DNA from: Catajapyx aquilonaris
Taxonomy: Eukaryota
Assembly: GCA_000934665.2 (NCBI GenBank)
Contig: KZ538464.1
Location: forward strand, 1 to 64,000
Reading direction: 5' to 3'
Length of the DNA: 64,000 nt
Shown: one piece after another, positions 1 to 15,547 of the stretch
Layout of the letters: each line of letters begins with the position of its first letter
Numbering within the stretch: position 1 is the first letter of the stretch
Translations under genes and position numbers: made by a program
The notes under the pieces: generated by a model
Seen by the model: only the letters and a program-made list of their open reading frames with translations
Told to the model about the DNA's origin: nothing
The model's database searches: none

Positions 1-262
1 AAGGTTATTTTGGTACCCCTTGAAAAAAATAATAATATATCGATAACTAAATTTAATCTCGTAAAACTGATTGCTCCATAAGGGTTCAATTGGATGTAGG
101 TTTCACATATATTTTTAAAAAAAAAATCGAAGACCATGACTGGGCACCCACCGTCTGGATTGAAATGGAACCAGCCTGGTGCTTTTTAACATAACTCATG
201 TAGGCTACATTGGTTAACATGGAATTTTAGTATTTTACCCATCATTTTCAATCCCGTTACAG

Positions 263-3200
263 ACTAGCACCAAGAGGGCTTCTGATGAAGTGCTTCACAG
301 AGATGAACGTGATACACTTAAAATGTTGGAAGAAATCATGGGTGATTGCATTTCAGATAGCATCTTTGACCGTCAAATTGGATTAGATGCTGTCTACACT
401 TATTTGAGCAACTGCAAGCCACTTCCCGCACACCATCTTAATGTGCTTACTGAAATTCTGGCAGATATGTTTTATGATCCTTCCCCAAAGGTTAGAAATT
501 TTTCTTCTCATTTCAAGTAAAAAAGACACAATCTCGGTGTTGCACTGCCTACATGTAGTGACCTGTCACTTAAAATGTCATTGCATTTTATCGGACTATA
601 CAATATACTGTACCGTACTGTACCATACTTAATCAGAGGTAGGCAGGCAAAGCAAGTTATCATCGCATCTATAGGCTACTCTTACGCCTACCAATCCCGC
701 TTGGATGCATCTCTCTCACCTTAAAGCAAAGATATAGACATGATGCATGTATGATTCAGCTCACCTTCATCATGTGCTTTCATCAGTAATCTTGTAAGTT
801 GCATGTGGGTAATAAAGGCGCGTTTTCCAGGAAATGATCTTACCTGCGCTTATAGGTCCCATTAATGTTGTTGGTGAAAGTGTTTCAAAATGGAGTTAAT
901 TAGAAAAATTTAAGTTAAAAACTGTAGCAAAAGATTGATAATTATCAATCTTTTGCTACAGTCAAATTCCCAGTATTTTGACATATTATTTTCATAACTT
1001 CATCGCTCACATTAAGTTATCAGGACTGTGCAGACACTTAATCTGTTATTCTTATACTTGTACTAGTGGTACTGATGAATTTAGTTGCATACTATTCATT
1101 AAAACCTTGTTAAAACCTATTTAACAAAGTATCACTTCCAGGACTGATTTTGCTCTAGGTATCAATAACACAGGCCTGCGATGAAATTTTTTTCATGAAA
1201 GTGAGAGCTTGTTTCTTATGTATTTTTTAATGCTGATTTCGGGGAAAATACGCAAAATCTTCTGTCACCCACAGTTTTTGAGATATATCGTTTTAAAATT
1301 GGAACGATTTACTGCCAGGTCTTTCCGAATCAAGTGGGCCTAAATGTGCTAGACTGTCTCGGATCTTGGTCAAAATAATCGCAGATGTACTCAACTATTC
1401 CTTAATGCTGCTTATAAAATTTACACCATATTGCGCAATACCATGATGAGGAAAAAAATCGCAAAAATCTGGAAATGACTGAAAATGAGGCCTTTTAGGG
1501 AGAATATTTTTCGGTTAGTGGAAGTGATCAGCACCCAATGAACATATACATCAAAAGAACGAGAAACACCAGGAGAATGCGTCACTTGAATTAGTTTTCC
1601 TCTAAAATGCAAAAATAAATTTTCATAGCATTTCATTGGTCACTTGCTCAGTTACATGACCAAGAATTGTGACCTCAACAATTAGTGATGTGTTTGCGTT
1701 ACATCAGTCATATTTGGTGACACTAGTTGTGACTGACACAAGGTTCAGTATGTTAAGTTTGAGGCCTTGGTCATGCACGGTTCGCGAGAAAATAAGAGAT
1801 AATAATATATATATATATATATAAAATATACAGGGTGTTAATGAATTCCGCGTGACGCGTCTGAGCGCACCCGTTCCTTGTCTATGAACCCCCTCTAGAT
1901 GGCGTTTCCGGACACGGTTTCCTATGTCAAAAATGTTTGTCTTGGTCCCCTCTATTACCCCTACAAGTTTGTCGATTGAATTAATTAACACCCTGTATAT
2001 CACAGGCCTGCGATGAAATTTTTTTATTCAAAGTGACAGGTGTTTCTGGTAATTTTTGATGCTGATTTCGGGAAAAATACATAAAAACTTCTATCACGTA
2101 CAGTTTCGACACAAATCGAGAATTTCTGTCTGGTTGCCTACATACTGGGCGCGCTGCTATAAAAATGTGTCAAACCAATATTTAGCTTATAAAATAGGTA
2201 TTTCAGGTCAACGACGATAAATTTTTGACTTTGTGGTAGGTATGACAAACTGAACAAATTAATAAAATGAAAAATACAGCTTCTTTTAAATTTTTTTGGA
2301 AATAAAGCTTTTTTACTCTGCTATACTCTTCTGTGAGTTTCCTGAATCTTTATCTTCACTTTGTGGCAAAATCTGACGTGATAGAGGAAAAAGCTCGGCA
2401 TTTCTGAACTCAGCGTATCGAAATACCATAGAAACACATAACACTGTGCAGAAAAATAAATAAAAAAGTATTATTTCGCAGGCCTGTGTAATTTATCATG
2501 CAAGTTGTCCCTAATAATATTAGATGAAAAAATGAAACTCGCTTTTTCAGTATCTGTTCCTTGAGTTGTGAAAGCATAAAATTGAAACTCATGAATTTGC
2601 AATTATTTAGCACTTTCAATGACCACACAAAGTACTAGGAACGTTGCAGAATTTTCTTATTAGTGTTTATGGAAATGGTAGATTATGGCTAATTCTTGGA
2701 GTCGAATGTTGTTCACGAACAATAATTTTAATAAAAATTTAAAATGCACATTTTTGCACTACAAAGGCCTACTACAAAGTGTTGATTCCATGCACAAGGT
2801 ACTTTCTCCATGACAGGTGCATTGAAAATCTTGTTTTCCGGCAGGGTAAATACGATAGTCTGTTTGGAAAATAGGAAAATACATGTTATCATTATTTTGT
2901 GGAACATTATAAATTCACACAAATTACGTTCTTGATTTGCTTTTGTCCAGTTGTGAGTTCAACTGCTTGACAATTAATAGGTATAGTCTAACTCAGCTGG
3001 TCTAACTAACCTTCCTGTTTGATTTTTTCAGATACTACCTTTACTTCTAGATGCATTGGCAGAATTGCTTATCCATCATGGACCAGAGCTTCATGACTGG
3101 CTGAAAGTTTTTCTGTCTAGCACCCTTATGAGTATGAAAACTCATGATCTGCCCCAAGAAAAATTGAAAATACAGCGTATACTGGTTATTATCCGAGATC

Positions 3201-5771
3201 GTTTCCCACCTGAACTTCAGCTGGTTGCCCTGTGCAGCTGCCTTTCCAACTGCAACCTGCCTACAGACCTCCGAGTTTGTTTGTCCATTTTGTCCTCTAT
3301 CCTTGAGCTTGTCGAAAATAATATCAAGCCCGATGACTTTACGTCTGCGTCTACAACCTCGGAATTCCATTCAGCTATGATTCATATGATCGTATGGGCC
3401 AACTCAGATTCAGTTTTAGAAACCCCGATTATACCTCAGGAAGTGTGCAGGTCATCTCGACATGCCTTGCATGCTATGATGGCCACTAATGACCTTGACA
3501 TGCTTCGTGTCCTGGTAACCCTGCCAAGCAAGGTTAGGATCGTGGGGACCACAATCCTGTTTCCCAATGGGCGAAAGACTATTCCCAAAGTGAAACATTA
3601 TGCCAGGTCATTTTCCCCAGCAACATTCAACCCCCTTGGAACCATGGAGCATCAGGAATCTGCAGAAGGAAAAGAGAGCTACTTCTTTCAGCTCGGAGGC
3701 ATTTGTGATCAGAGGGAAGATAATTCGACAGGTTATTTGAAGAAATTGGACATAGACAAGGAGATAGAGAAGCTCCGCATATGTAGCCCCAGGGTAAGAC
3801 TGAATTTGGTAATACTCCTCTTAACCCTGGAACCGTGACCTGCCTGAAAGTTATGGCAACCATGACGTGGTGTCTTTTAGGACCCCATCCATATTTTAAT
3901 TTTTATTAATTATTATATGATACTTTTCAATGTATTGACTATATGCAATCATTCTTTGAACAATGCCTAAGATGATTGCTAATTCAAAATAAACATGCAC
4001 TTCCTGTTATATATGCCTACTTTTAAAAAATGGCAAAAGTTCATTGTAATATATATTATCATTTTAATGCATTTTAATTCCTTTTGGGGTCCTAAAAGAC
4101 CCCACGTCACGATTCCAGGGTTAAGTCTGAATGGGCTACTTAATCATTTGCAGACATCAAGAATGTCACAGAGATTACCTTCTCCAGTACGCAAATACAG
4201 ACAGGAGGCCTGTTTTGAGTACCAGATCGGCAAGGAAGCTCTGGGAAGCACAGAAAAGGCGATCGTGAATGAACTTCCTGATGTGATTCCGATAAGGAGA
4301 GACATGGAAGACGTACAAGAGATGGACGAGTATGAACAAGAGACGGACGAGGATGAACAAGAGATGGGCGAGGATAAACAAGAAATGGACAAGTATGAAC
4401 AAGAGATGGACGAGTTTGAACAAGAGATGGACGAGTATGAACTTCCTGATATTCTTCAAATAATGAGAGACAAAGAAGACGTACAAGAGGACGAGGATAA
4501 ACAAGAGATGCACAAGTATGAACAAGAGACGGACGAGTATGAACAAGAGATGGACGAGTATGAACAAGAGATGGACGAGGATGAACAAGAGATGGGCGAG
4601 GATAAACAAGAAATGGACAAGTATGAACAAGAGATGGACGAGTTTGAACAAGAGATGGACGAGTATGAACTTCCTGATGTTCTTCAAATAATGAGAGACA
4701 AAGAAGACGTACAAGAGGACGAGGATAAACAAGAGATGCACAAGTATGAACAAGAGACAGACGAGTATGAACAAGAGATGGATGAGTATGAACAAGAGAT
4801 GGACGACTATGAACAAGAGATGGACGACTATGAACTACCTGATGTTCTTCAAATAATGAGAGACAAAGAAGATGTACAAGAGGACGAGGATAATCTCCCT
4901 TGTACTGCAAATAAGATCTTGAGATCCCGCCGACATACACCCGTAGAAGATAGGCTTGAATATGTGCGGGACATACGTCGTTTGGTCACTGAAGACGACG
5001 TACAAACCATCATAAGGCATCACAGGTAAGTTCTTGGCTTGGTGCCTTTATTTACAAACTTGTAATAATGCCCCCGCCTTTACAGAATTATTTTGTTGGC
5101 CCTGATGCACCTTTTGGAAGACGACTGTGACAGCGTGCAGTATCAGTCTTTGATGACTATCTCAGAGATGGCGGCCCACAAGCAACTCTTGCGTATTTTT
5201 GGCGGTCTTAGGGGGTGCGTCATGGCTCAAGTCCTGCGAGCTTTTAAGGATCCAAGCAAAAATGTAACTCCCACTTATGCTTTAAGAACACTGCTTGCAG
5301 TCATGCCAATGTGGCCATCAAAACAATATACATCTTTTCTCTGTACAGGTGCAGCGTGGAGCAGAGGCTTGCGCCAATAAGCTCATGTTGTATTTCAACC
5401 CCTACAGAACGCTCTCTGTTCTCATTCCGGTTATTGATGAAGGTTCCTTCCCATTGAATGCAGTGGCAGTGGGGCTGGTGGCCATCCTAGCCCGATCTTT
5501 CACACTTAACTCCAGTCAGGGAAAATGTCTGTCTCTCTACCTGACCTTCCTCGTGGGAGGTCTCATAAAGATTATCGCGAATCAGGAGACGAAGACGAGA
5601 TGGGAAGTTTTCAAATGCCTAGGAGTCTTGAGCCTGCGGTTTGGAAAGAAAAAGATGGCACCCCTGCTCGCCAATCTCACTCGTCATCAAGAGCTACTCC
5701 TGCAGGTGTACATAGATAAGCAAAGAGATGATTTCGAAAGTGGAATCAATATCTTTCATAGAGATGATTGA
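263..5771 (+). CDS. CLASP: Divergent CLASP/Orbit/MAST-like microtubule regulator (TOG3, acidic repeat, CLIP-interacting domain); 5' exons upstream of window
   Basis: Phase-compatible GT-AG exons: 263-490, 3032-3793, 4154-5025, 5086-5263, 5349-5771 (TGA). Spliced protein aligns by eye to CLASP TOG3 (LNVLTEILADMFYDPSPK|ILPLLLDALAELLIHHGPELHDWL vs LKRLCEIFTRMFADPHGKVFSMFLETLVDFIQVHKDDLQDWL) and CLIP-ID (AFKDPSKN|VQRGAEACA vs AHKDPHKEVVRSAEEAA; LLQVYIDK vs LLNLYIKR). Low identity suggests a paralog rather than the main copy. Confidence 0.85.
1831..1995. mobile_element. Tc1/mariner-type MITE, internally deleted copy of the element at 50434-50997
   Basis: CAGGGTGTTAAT...ATTAACACCCTG termini with TA on both sides; body near-identical to one arm of 50434-50997. 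Confidence 0.85.
2001..2488. mobile_element. MITE with CACAGGCCTGCGA TIRs; a second left end at ~1169
   Basis: cacaggcctgcgatgaaat at 2001 and atttcgcaggcctgtg ending 2488; homologous left end plus body at 1169-1300. Confidence 0.7.
3825..4120. mobile_element. piggyBac-like MITE (TTAA TSD) in CLASP intron
   Basis: ttaa|ccctggaaccgtgac ... gtcacgattccaggg|ttaa, plus subterminal IR gtcttttaggacccca / tggggtcctaaaagac. Confidence 0.8.
4271..4892 (+). repeat. Coding minisatellite: 21-bp unit (EQEMDEY) in four higher-order blocks starting ELPD
   Basis: gaacaagagatggacgagtat repeats; blocks start at 4271, 4439, 4667, 4832; frame preserved throughout. Confidence 0.95.
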
Positions 5772-6644
5772 TAGGCACACCAACATCTTTTATCGAGATA
5801 ATATTAAAAAGGATAACCTTGTTGCCTCATCACTTTTCCTCTGTATTCTAATGTCTTCCTCTAAGCATTTGAAGGTCCAATTTGCATTGGTAAATCCAGA
5901 CCAATATTTTGTGAATAACATTGATTTGGAACTCTTGTGTTCCGGAAATAATGTATCAGCGATCATGCTACGGGCCCTAAGCAAATCCTACAGAATGGAG
6001 CACTTCAGGTGGGGTTTTTTTCCCCTCCCCCCCCCCCTTTTTTTTGTACCTCTGCTTATTCACCCTTATAGGACTGGCGAGATGAGAAGCTCAGCGTAGA
6101 AGGCAGCACTGGGGTTGGAGTCATGATATGTGGTCAGTATGTGGCGGGACTTTCGACGTTGTTTCGGATGTAACATCCTACATAGCTGGATTTGTCTATA
6201 GATTTTGTCCAAAAGAAATTAGAAATGAACTTAGCATGTGAAGATTGTGTCCAAGCAATAACTGCATGATGAATATAAAAAAAAAATGACAGTTCTTTGA
6301 CATAAAGGAAAATCACAAGGGGTTGACCAGTTGATATCTTTCAAAATATGCAGGAACATAATAATGTTGCATATGGTTGTCTTCGAAAAATCAAGCTATT
6401 AGGGGGCACGGCGACGGCAGTGCCCCCGCCAAGTTCTCGCCGCACTGCCGTACCACCTTTACCCGACACAACTCACGTCATTTTGACCCCCTCGAATCTT
6501 CGCACTGGTGAACATAGGTGGCTTCAAAATTTTTATTTGGGTAGATAAAAATCGATTAAAAATAATACCCCCTTACTTCCATGTTCATATCTCTTCATTT
6601 CCGACTTTAAAAAATCCTCAAAACTCCCAAAACGTCCAAAATAT

Positions 6645-7855
6645 GACACTCACTCACTGACTGACTGGCTGACTCACTCACTGATCATCAAAATTATACG
6701 GTACTTCCCGTGGTCCTAGGATGCTGAAATTTGGTGTGCTGGTAGAGCTTGTCAAACAAACACCAGAATAAATATGAAAACAGCACTTTTTTGAGTGTAA
6801 ATGCTCAAAAAAAATAATTTATTTTCACGACGTCTGCTGCTGCTTTACCAGATGCGGCATTTTTACCACGGATTACTTTTTACTTTGAAATTCCAGTTAT
6901 GCTGGTGCTCCTCCTGCCTTCCCCACGTTCTCATCTCCTCGCCCCCCTCCCTTCCCCCCTCCTGCATACCGCTAGCCAACGACGTAGCCAGCCCCCCCCC
7001 CCCCGAAGTCTTGAGGATTTAAAAAAATCNNNNNNNNNNNNNNNNNNNNNNNNNNNNNNNNNNNNNNNNNNNNNNNNNNNNNNNNNNNNNNNNNNNNNNN
7101 NNNNNNNNNNNNNNNNNNNNNNNAAAAAATTTCGCCTGCGGCGGACCTCCCCGCTCCCCCCCCCGGATTCCTGGCTACGTCACTGCCGCTAGCTATCTGC
7201 CTGAAGCTGCGATTGCATTTCATACAAATACAAATATTTCATACAAATACAGCTACAAATACCTAAATACTTAAAATACAAAATAATACAAATACAAAAT
7301 TCGAGGTCATCAACAGCCTATGTGTACAGGGAACAATTCCCAATTTGTGTGGCGTATGCCATTACCATGCAGAGGACAGAGCCAAGGCCTGAGTCTCACT
7401 AATGCACTCATCGATATTGGTTCCTCTGTCTTCTCGTGCGGTCAAGCCTACGTGGCTCTTTCCAGAGTTAAAAGTATCAATGGAGTGCATCTCATCAATG
7501 CCTCCTTTACTAACATCAAGGCTCAAGAGTCTGCTATTCTGGAGTACGATAGATTGAGATCTATTTACCGACCAGACTTATCCATACTCAAAAGGGCTAA
7601 TAAGGCATCGACAGAAGTGGTTGAGGATCGCGAATGGGCTATGTGATCAGGTTTAGCAGATCTCCAATTCGCACAACCAGAACAGAAAAAAAGGAAGCGT
7701 AATATGACAAAGCAGAAGAAACTCATACCTATTCAGAGGAAAAGATAGAGTTTTACATTTTGCTCTAACAGTAAGTTATTCATTACCGTATTTGGAATAT
7801 TACGGACCATTGCTTCCACGCCCAACCGTAGGGGGCTCCCCGAGCTTTCTTATAA
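6645..7855 (+). mobile_element. Helitron/Helentron remnant with frameshifted PIF1-helicase C-terminus
   Basis: ~7315-7500 reads YVYREQFPICVAYAIT / SQGLSLTNALIDIGSSVFSCGQAYVALSRV (PIF1 motifs V-VI) across a frameshift; upstream (CACT/GACT)n microsatellite plus gctgaaatttgg motif typical of Helentron-associated elements. Boundaries approximate. Confidence 0.7.
6977..7185. mobile_element. hAT-type MITE nested in the Helitron remnant (spans an N gap)
   Basis: caacgacgtagccag ... ctggctacgtcactg TIRs with 8-bp TSD ccgctagc (6969-6976 / 7186-7193). Confidence 0.8.
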
Positions 7856-7893
7856 TATTATCCTACACTCCTGCCTACAAAAAGAGGTGAGAT

Positions 7894-8382
7894 CCCACCA
7901 AAAATCTTTCTGTAAAAAAGGCCAAGTTCTCCTAACTGCTTGGCCATCAAAAGTGGTGAGATCTGAAATACGGCCAAGTTCAACGTCGTTGTCAATTACT
8001 GGCATTCTCAAATTCTTCAACCTAAACCACTAACTTTATTTTTCCAGGTCGACCTTCAGTTTAATAAACAGAAAATTTTAAAGTTATTTCTCCTGATGTC
8101 ACTTGGCCATTGCTCATGTCCGAGGTATTGTTGAATTCTACAACTGTTTCAATGTTCTAAGAGCAATGGCCAAGTGACATCAGGAGAAATAACATTAAAA
8201 TTTTCTGTTTATTAAACTGAAGGTCGACCTGGAAAAATAAAGTTAGTGGTTTAGGTTGAAGAAGTTGAGAATGCCAGTAATTGACAACAACGTTGAACTT
8301 GGCCGTATTTCAGATCTCACCACTTTTGATGGCCAAGCAGTCAGGAGAACTTGGCCTTTTTTACAGAAAGATTTTTGGTGGG
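7894..8382. repeat. Long inverted repeat: 222-bp arms, 45-bp spacer
   Basis: 7894-8115 is the reverse complement of 8161-8382 with about 4 mismatches counted by eye. Confidence 0.95.
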
Positions 8383-9980
8383 TTGCTTTGATGAAAAGTA
8401 TATTTTTGATTGCTTGAAAATCAGATCATTTCATGTTGGAACAGCGTGAGCTGAACAGTTGCACTGAGGAGAAAAATTCGTAGGGATAATACGAATGATT
8501 TTATTTATGACTATTATGAGCCAATAAGATTACAATGTTATGCAGGCCTAATACATTTGCATGTACTTATTACTTTATGCTTAACACTTTTGTAACTTAA
8601 TTGTTACACTTATTTGTACATAACACTTTGAATGTGTTGTGAGAAATAATTCAATTCACCGAATTTTACCTTCAAATGTTTCCCAGAGGTTTTGTGTTAA
8701 AAGGCACCCTATTGTGACGGCCTCGGGTCCGCCCCTAGCTATAGCTCATAGCAAGAAAACTAGGTGGGTTCCTTGAGCACTGGTATTTATTATTATTGAT
8801 CTTCTCGGTCCCAAGCTGAGTACAGACTGTCTCCTTGTCCCTTTTACAACCCAAACGCTCTGGGAGGGGAAAGCCCGGTCCAACCCAACAGGGTGTGGTC
8901 AGGGTCAAAGGTCAACCTCTTATAATCTAATCACTATAATTACAATGGAAGCCTTTCACCCCAATCGTATAAGTTCGTAAACCTCTACCGAATATTTTTC
9001 CCAACTATTTTGACTTTTGGTGTGCAGACTCTCTCGCCGACTAACCAACACAATAGGGAATAACGACTACTGCTACTTTGTTACTGTACTTCTACAAAAT
9101 TCCATGGCCAAGAGTAGTATATAGTAGAGAAACACCCAAAAGCCGCACACATGGTCGGCATTTTATACGAGATACGTAGGCCTATATGAGGCATTCCACG
9201 TCAAGGGGTACCATTTCCTGACAAATCTATTCCAATGGCGACTAAAATTTATATGTTTGGAGTACTCGTCGGTAGCATACATATAAATACACGAAATTTT
9301 GTCTCCCTGTGTCCCGTGGTTTCGAAACTACAGGGTGTTCAATTTCCCATATTGCCAATTTGCCATAAATTGTGACAACAATCTGGCTTACCTTAGCAAC
9401 TGGTCAGAGCTGCAGGTCAGTGGCACCCTGCTTGTTTACATTGTCATTTTGACTCTAGGCAGGAACATTATTAGAAGTGATTTTCTGTTACCTGCCAAAA
9501 TATACAAGTCGTTTCGGGAGCATGCGGCCTACCTGGTGCTTGTGAGGCTTCCCTCACACGGAGGTGGTCATAATTATTTGTGCATAGAAGGTAACATTCA
9601 TGAGATATTTTCAGTCTTTCATAGTGAATCCTCCTGGAATACTTTCAGTGCAAATATTTTGCACTTGGGTCTGAGAAACACCCCTTAATATACCCATGGT
9701 TTTTCCCTGAGGTGTTGTGTACCACGAAACCTGAGTGCCTTCATGGCATTTGCTTGCTAATAGAGGTAGGGTACTCCACCCCAGGGCAGAGTAATAATAA
9801 TTATTGAAGTAACTTAATGCTCTATCATAATTCTACTGGATGTTTTAGGTTGGGCATGAAAATTTTATTAACCAGAATTGGTTTGTTGATTTAGGTTTGA
9901 CTTCACCACCTCCATAAAACTGGAAAAGGGCCAGAAAAGTTTGATATTTATTATTGTTAACTATTGAGCGAGGAGAGTTT

Positions 9981-10280
9981 GGGGAGGTGTAGATGGCCAA
10001 GATGGTAACGTCACGGCTTGCTGAGTGAAAGGCCCCAGGTTTGATCCCCACCTGGGGAGCTTTCCTTTCACCTGCGTCAGGAGGGTCTCTTATCTGCACC
10101 TTGGAGGTGTCTGGCAACCTATAACCTCCTGGGGAACAGCACATGGCCCCTTTACTGACATTGCACTTGCACCAATGTTCCCTCCCCAAAAATCCATACA
10201 CCTACCCTACATCCTTGACTGAAGTTAAAATCTAGAAAAATGGAATTAAATGGTGGTATTCCACCCCCCTATGGAGGTAG
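9981..10280 (+). mobile_element. tRNA-derived SINE (degenerate)
   Basis: A-box-like tggccaagatgg, B-box-like ggtttgatccc, core gacattgcacttgcac shared with copies at 18919 and 26871. Confidence 0.7.
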
Positions 10281-10977
10281 TGCAATCAGACTTTAGCTTA
10301 TGTAGCTGTTCAGTTTAAAGGTGGTTGTGGGATTAAGAGTAAATTCAGAACAAGTGGCTGATCCTTTTTCATTGCTTCAAATATTGGGGTGGCTTTTTGT
10401 CTCTCACAGACAGTCTCTGCTATAGGAGCCTGCTTCTTCTAGTCAGGATTTTACAATAAACTTTCTCATGAGTAGTGAGCATGGTTGCTAGTTGTTGACA
10501 GCTGTATTGCTAACTATCAGTAAAATGAAAAATTGACCAATTGAATTGTTATGAACAAAGAATAACTAGGATCAACTACTTGTTTCTGGTTTACTCTACT
10601 CAATCATCCAACTGGCCTAAGTGATGCTTGTTGAACCTTGGATTATACCCTTTTGCACCACTAGCAGGAATAAGTCTAATAATTTATTTAAAACAATGAT
10701 GGCTTCTTGGTCTAACGGTTTTGAAACCACCCTATGTCATGCAAGTACATTTCAGTGAAACTTATTGTGGTCAGGTAATGGGATATCTGGAAAGGGTAGC
10801 ACCTTGAACAGATAGTGAGAACTCAGCCTCATCATATTTATTTTAAAAGTGCTCTTAAATTCCTCAATAGATGCATCTAAGTTAAATATGTCACCCTGTT
10901 TTCTCTCATTTGTTTTCCTCTGCCATAATCTGCTGCATTTGGGCTGTGTGTGGTGCATCATCAGGTGTTTGAGATAA

Positions 10978-13935
<2,958 letters not shown>

Positions 13936-14325
13936 GGCGCAGAAACTAACCAAGATGGATGTTGAAAATCTACTTGAATGGCCTTAAAGATTATAAAAAT
14001 AAGATTTTTAAGAACAGAAAGTTTTAAATCCATATGGCATTCAAATGGACCATTTAAGAAGATTTTCTTCAAAGTCCTTTACCATTGAGAAAAAATATTG
14101 CACTCAAAGCAAGTCTTAACATCACTGAGATGTCTTGAATATCCTGAGAAAATTAAAATTTCGTACACTAGATAAATCTTTATTTGGTCATGCACAGATG
14201 AAGCTCATTTTCTTTCAACCTAAAATTTTGGGGTTTTATTTTTTTCCAAAGTTATATTTTAAATATTACGTATTGCACTTACATTAAAAGTAGTCTAATC
14301 GAGATTTCCTCCAAACCTAGAGAAT

Positions 14326-14925
14326 ACAGTAAAACTTCTGTAAGTCGAATCTCCATGGGGCTGGAAAAAAACTTCGAGTTATAGAAGATTCGAGTTAGAA
14401 AAGTTTGGATTTTTTAAAGCATAGAACTCTACATATATAAGGAAGCCTCCCTTTACATCCATCGACAAAAGGTGTTCAAAACTTAAAAAATAACTGTCAC
14501 TATCACACTTACAAAGTTCCTCGTTGATTTGTTGTAAAAAAATCTTCGTTATGGACATTTGCCTACTCTTAGATTCAAGGATTCAATTGTCACAATCGAG
14601 TCAAACACTTCTTTCGGTACATCTGGTAGATGGAGATCAGGAAATTGAGCCTTTCTGTACATGTGGCCTACTCTCGACCCTTCGGCTGGGAAATGAGAAA
14701 ATTTTCCCTACTTGCCAACATGAACTTCGACTTAGGGAGACTGAATATGCATCAATATCCCATCGTAAGGCCCTGCCTGCAGTTATGACGAACTTCGAGT
14801 TATTGGCTCTTGGTTATAGAAATTCGAGTTAGGGAAGTTTATTTCCTATTATTTTACATTGTGACCAACCAAGCTCATCATTTTCTTCAACTAATAGAGA
14901 ACTCCGACTTAGGGAAGTTCGAGAT
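14326..14925. mobile_element. pogo/Tigger-like non-autonomous element (partial)
   Basis: ta|cagtaaaacttctgtaagtcgaa left end and repeated ttcgagtta/ttcgactta motifs; right end interrupted by a tacagggtggtcc mariner end at ~14925. Confidence 0.55.
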
Positions 14926-15260
14926 ACAGGGTGGTCCAACTTTTTTGTCCGAACAGCTATTGACAAATTCGGCCTAAGCTGCTTATGTTGTAGTGCGTTA
15001 CCTGGCAACCCTGTCCGGCGGGCCTATTCAAACATCAGCCCATGGAGACTGCTTCCATTGTTGCCACTGTTTACTAATTGAGTAAGTTAACCCCCATTGA
15101 GTAAGTTACAGCCGTATCCTTCCGCCTTTCCTTAATTACACATTCTCTTTCAAATGAGAAGCTTCCATGGAATAATTGTCCTTCGATGCTTAATTGTGAG
15201 TACATGCTGGTGTTTTACTTCGTCATTTAAAATTATTGTGTGATTTAATTAAGATATGTT

Positions 15261-15547
15261 GGGAGGCATGGTGGTCTGGTGGTTACGCCACTGGCCAGCC
15301 AAGCGGGAGGCCGGGGTTCAAATCCCGTCCCTGTCACCTCTGCTTGGACAGGTCTTTTTCTGCTTTTCACCCGACATGCTGGTACAGAATTGCACTCCAT
15401 ACTCTGCCCAGGGCCAGGAGAAAAGGCCTGGTGTATTTCATAAAGTCAGAAATGACTATAATTACAGCACCCTCCCTTGGGTACCTCCCCTTCCCCCCTA
15501 AAAGGGCTCCGCCCTATCACGGGGTGATATTTGTTAAAAATAAAAAT
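15261..15547 (+). mobile_element. tRNA-derived SINE with 13-bp TSD
   Basis: A box tggtctggtgg, B box ggttcaaatcc; TSD attaagatatgtt at 15248-15260 and 15548-15560. Confidence 0.85.

Noticed and set aside
4140..4940. Long minus-strand ORFs (266 aa, 213 aa)
   Set aside because: Antisense shadows of the 21-bp coding repeat in the CLASP-like exon.
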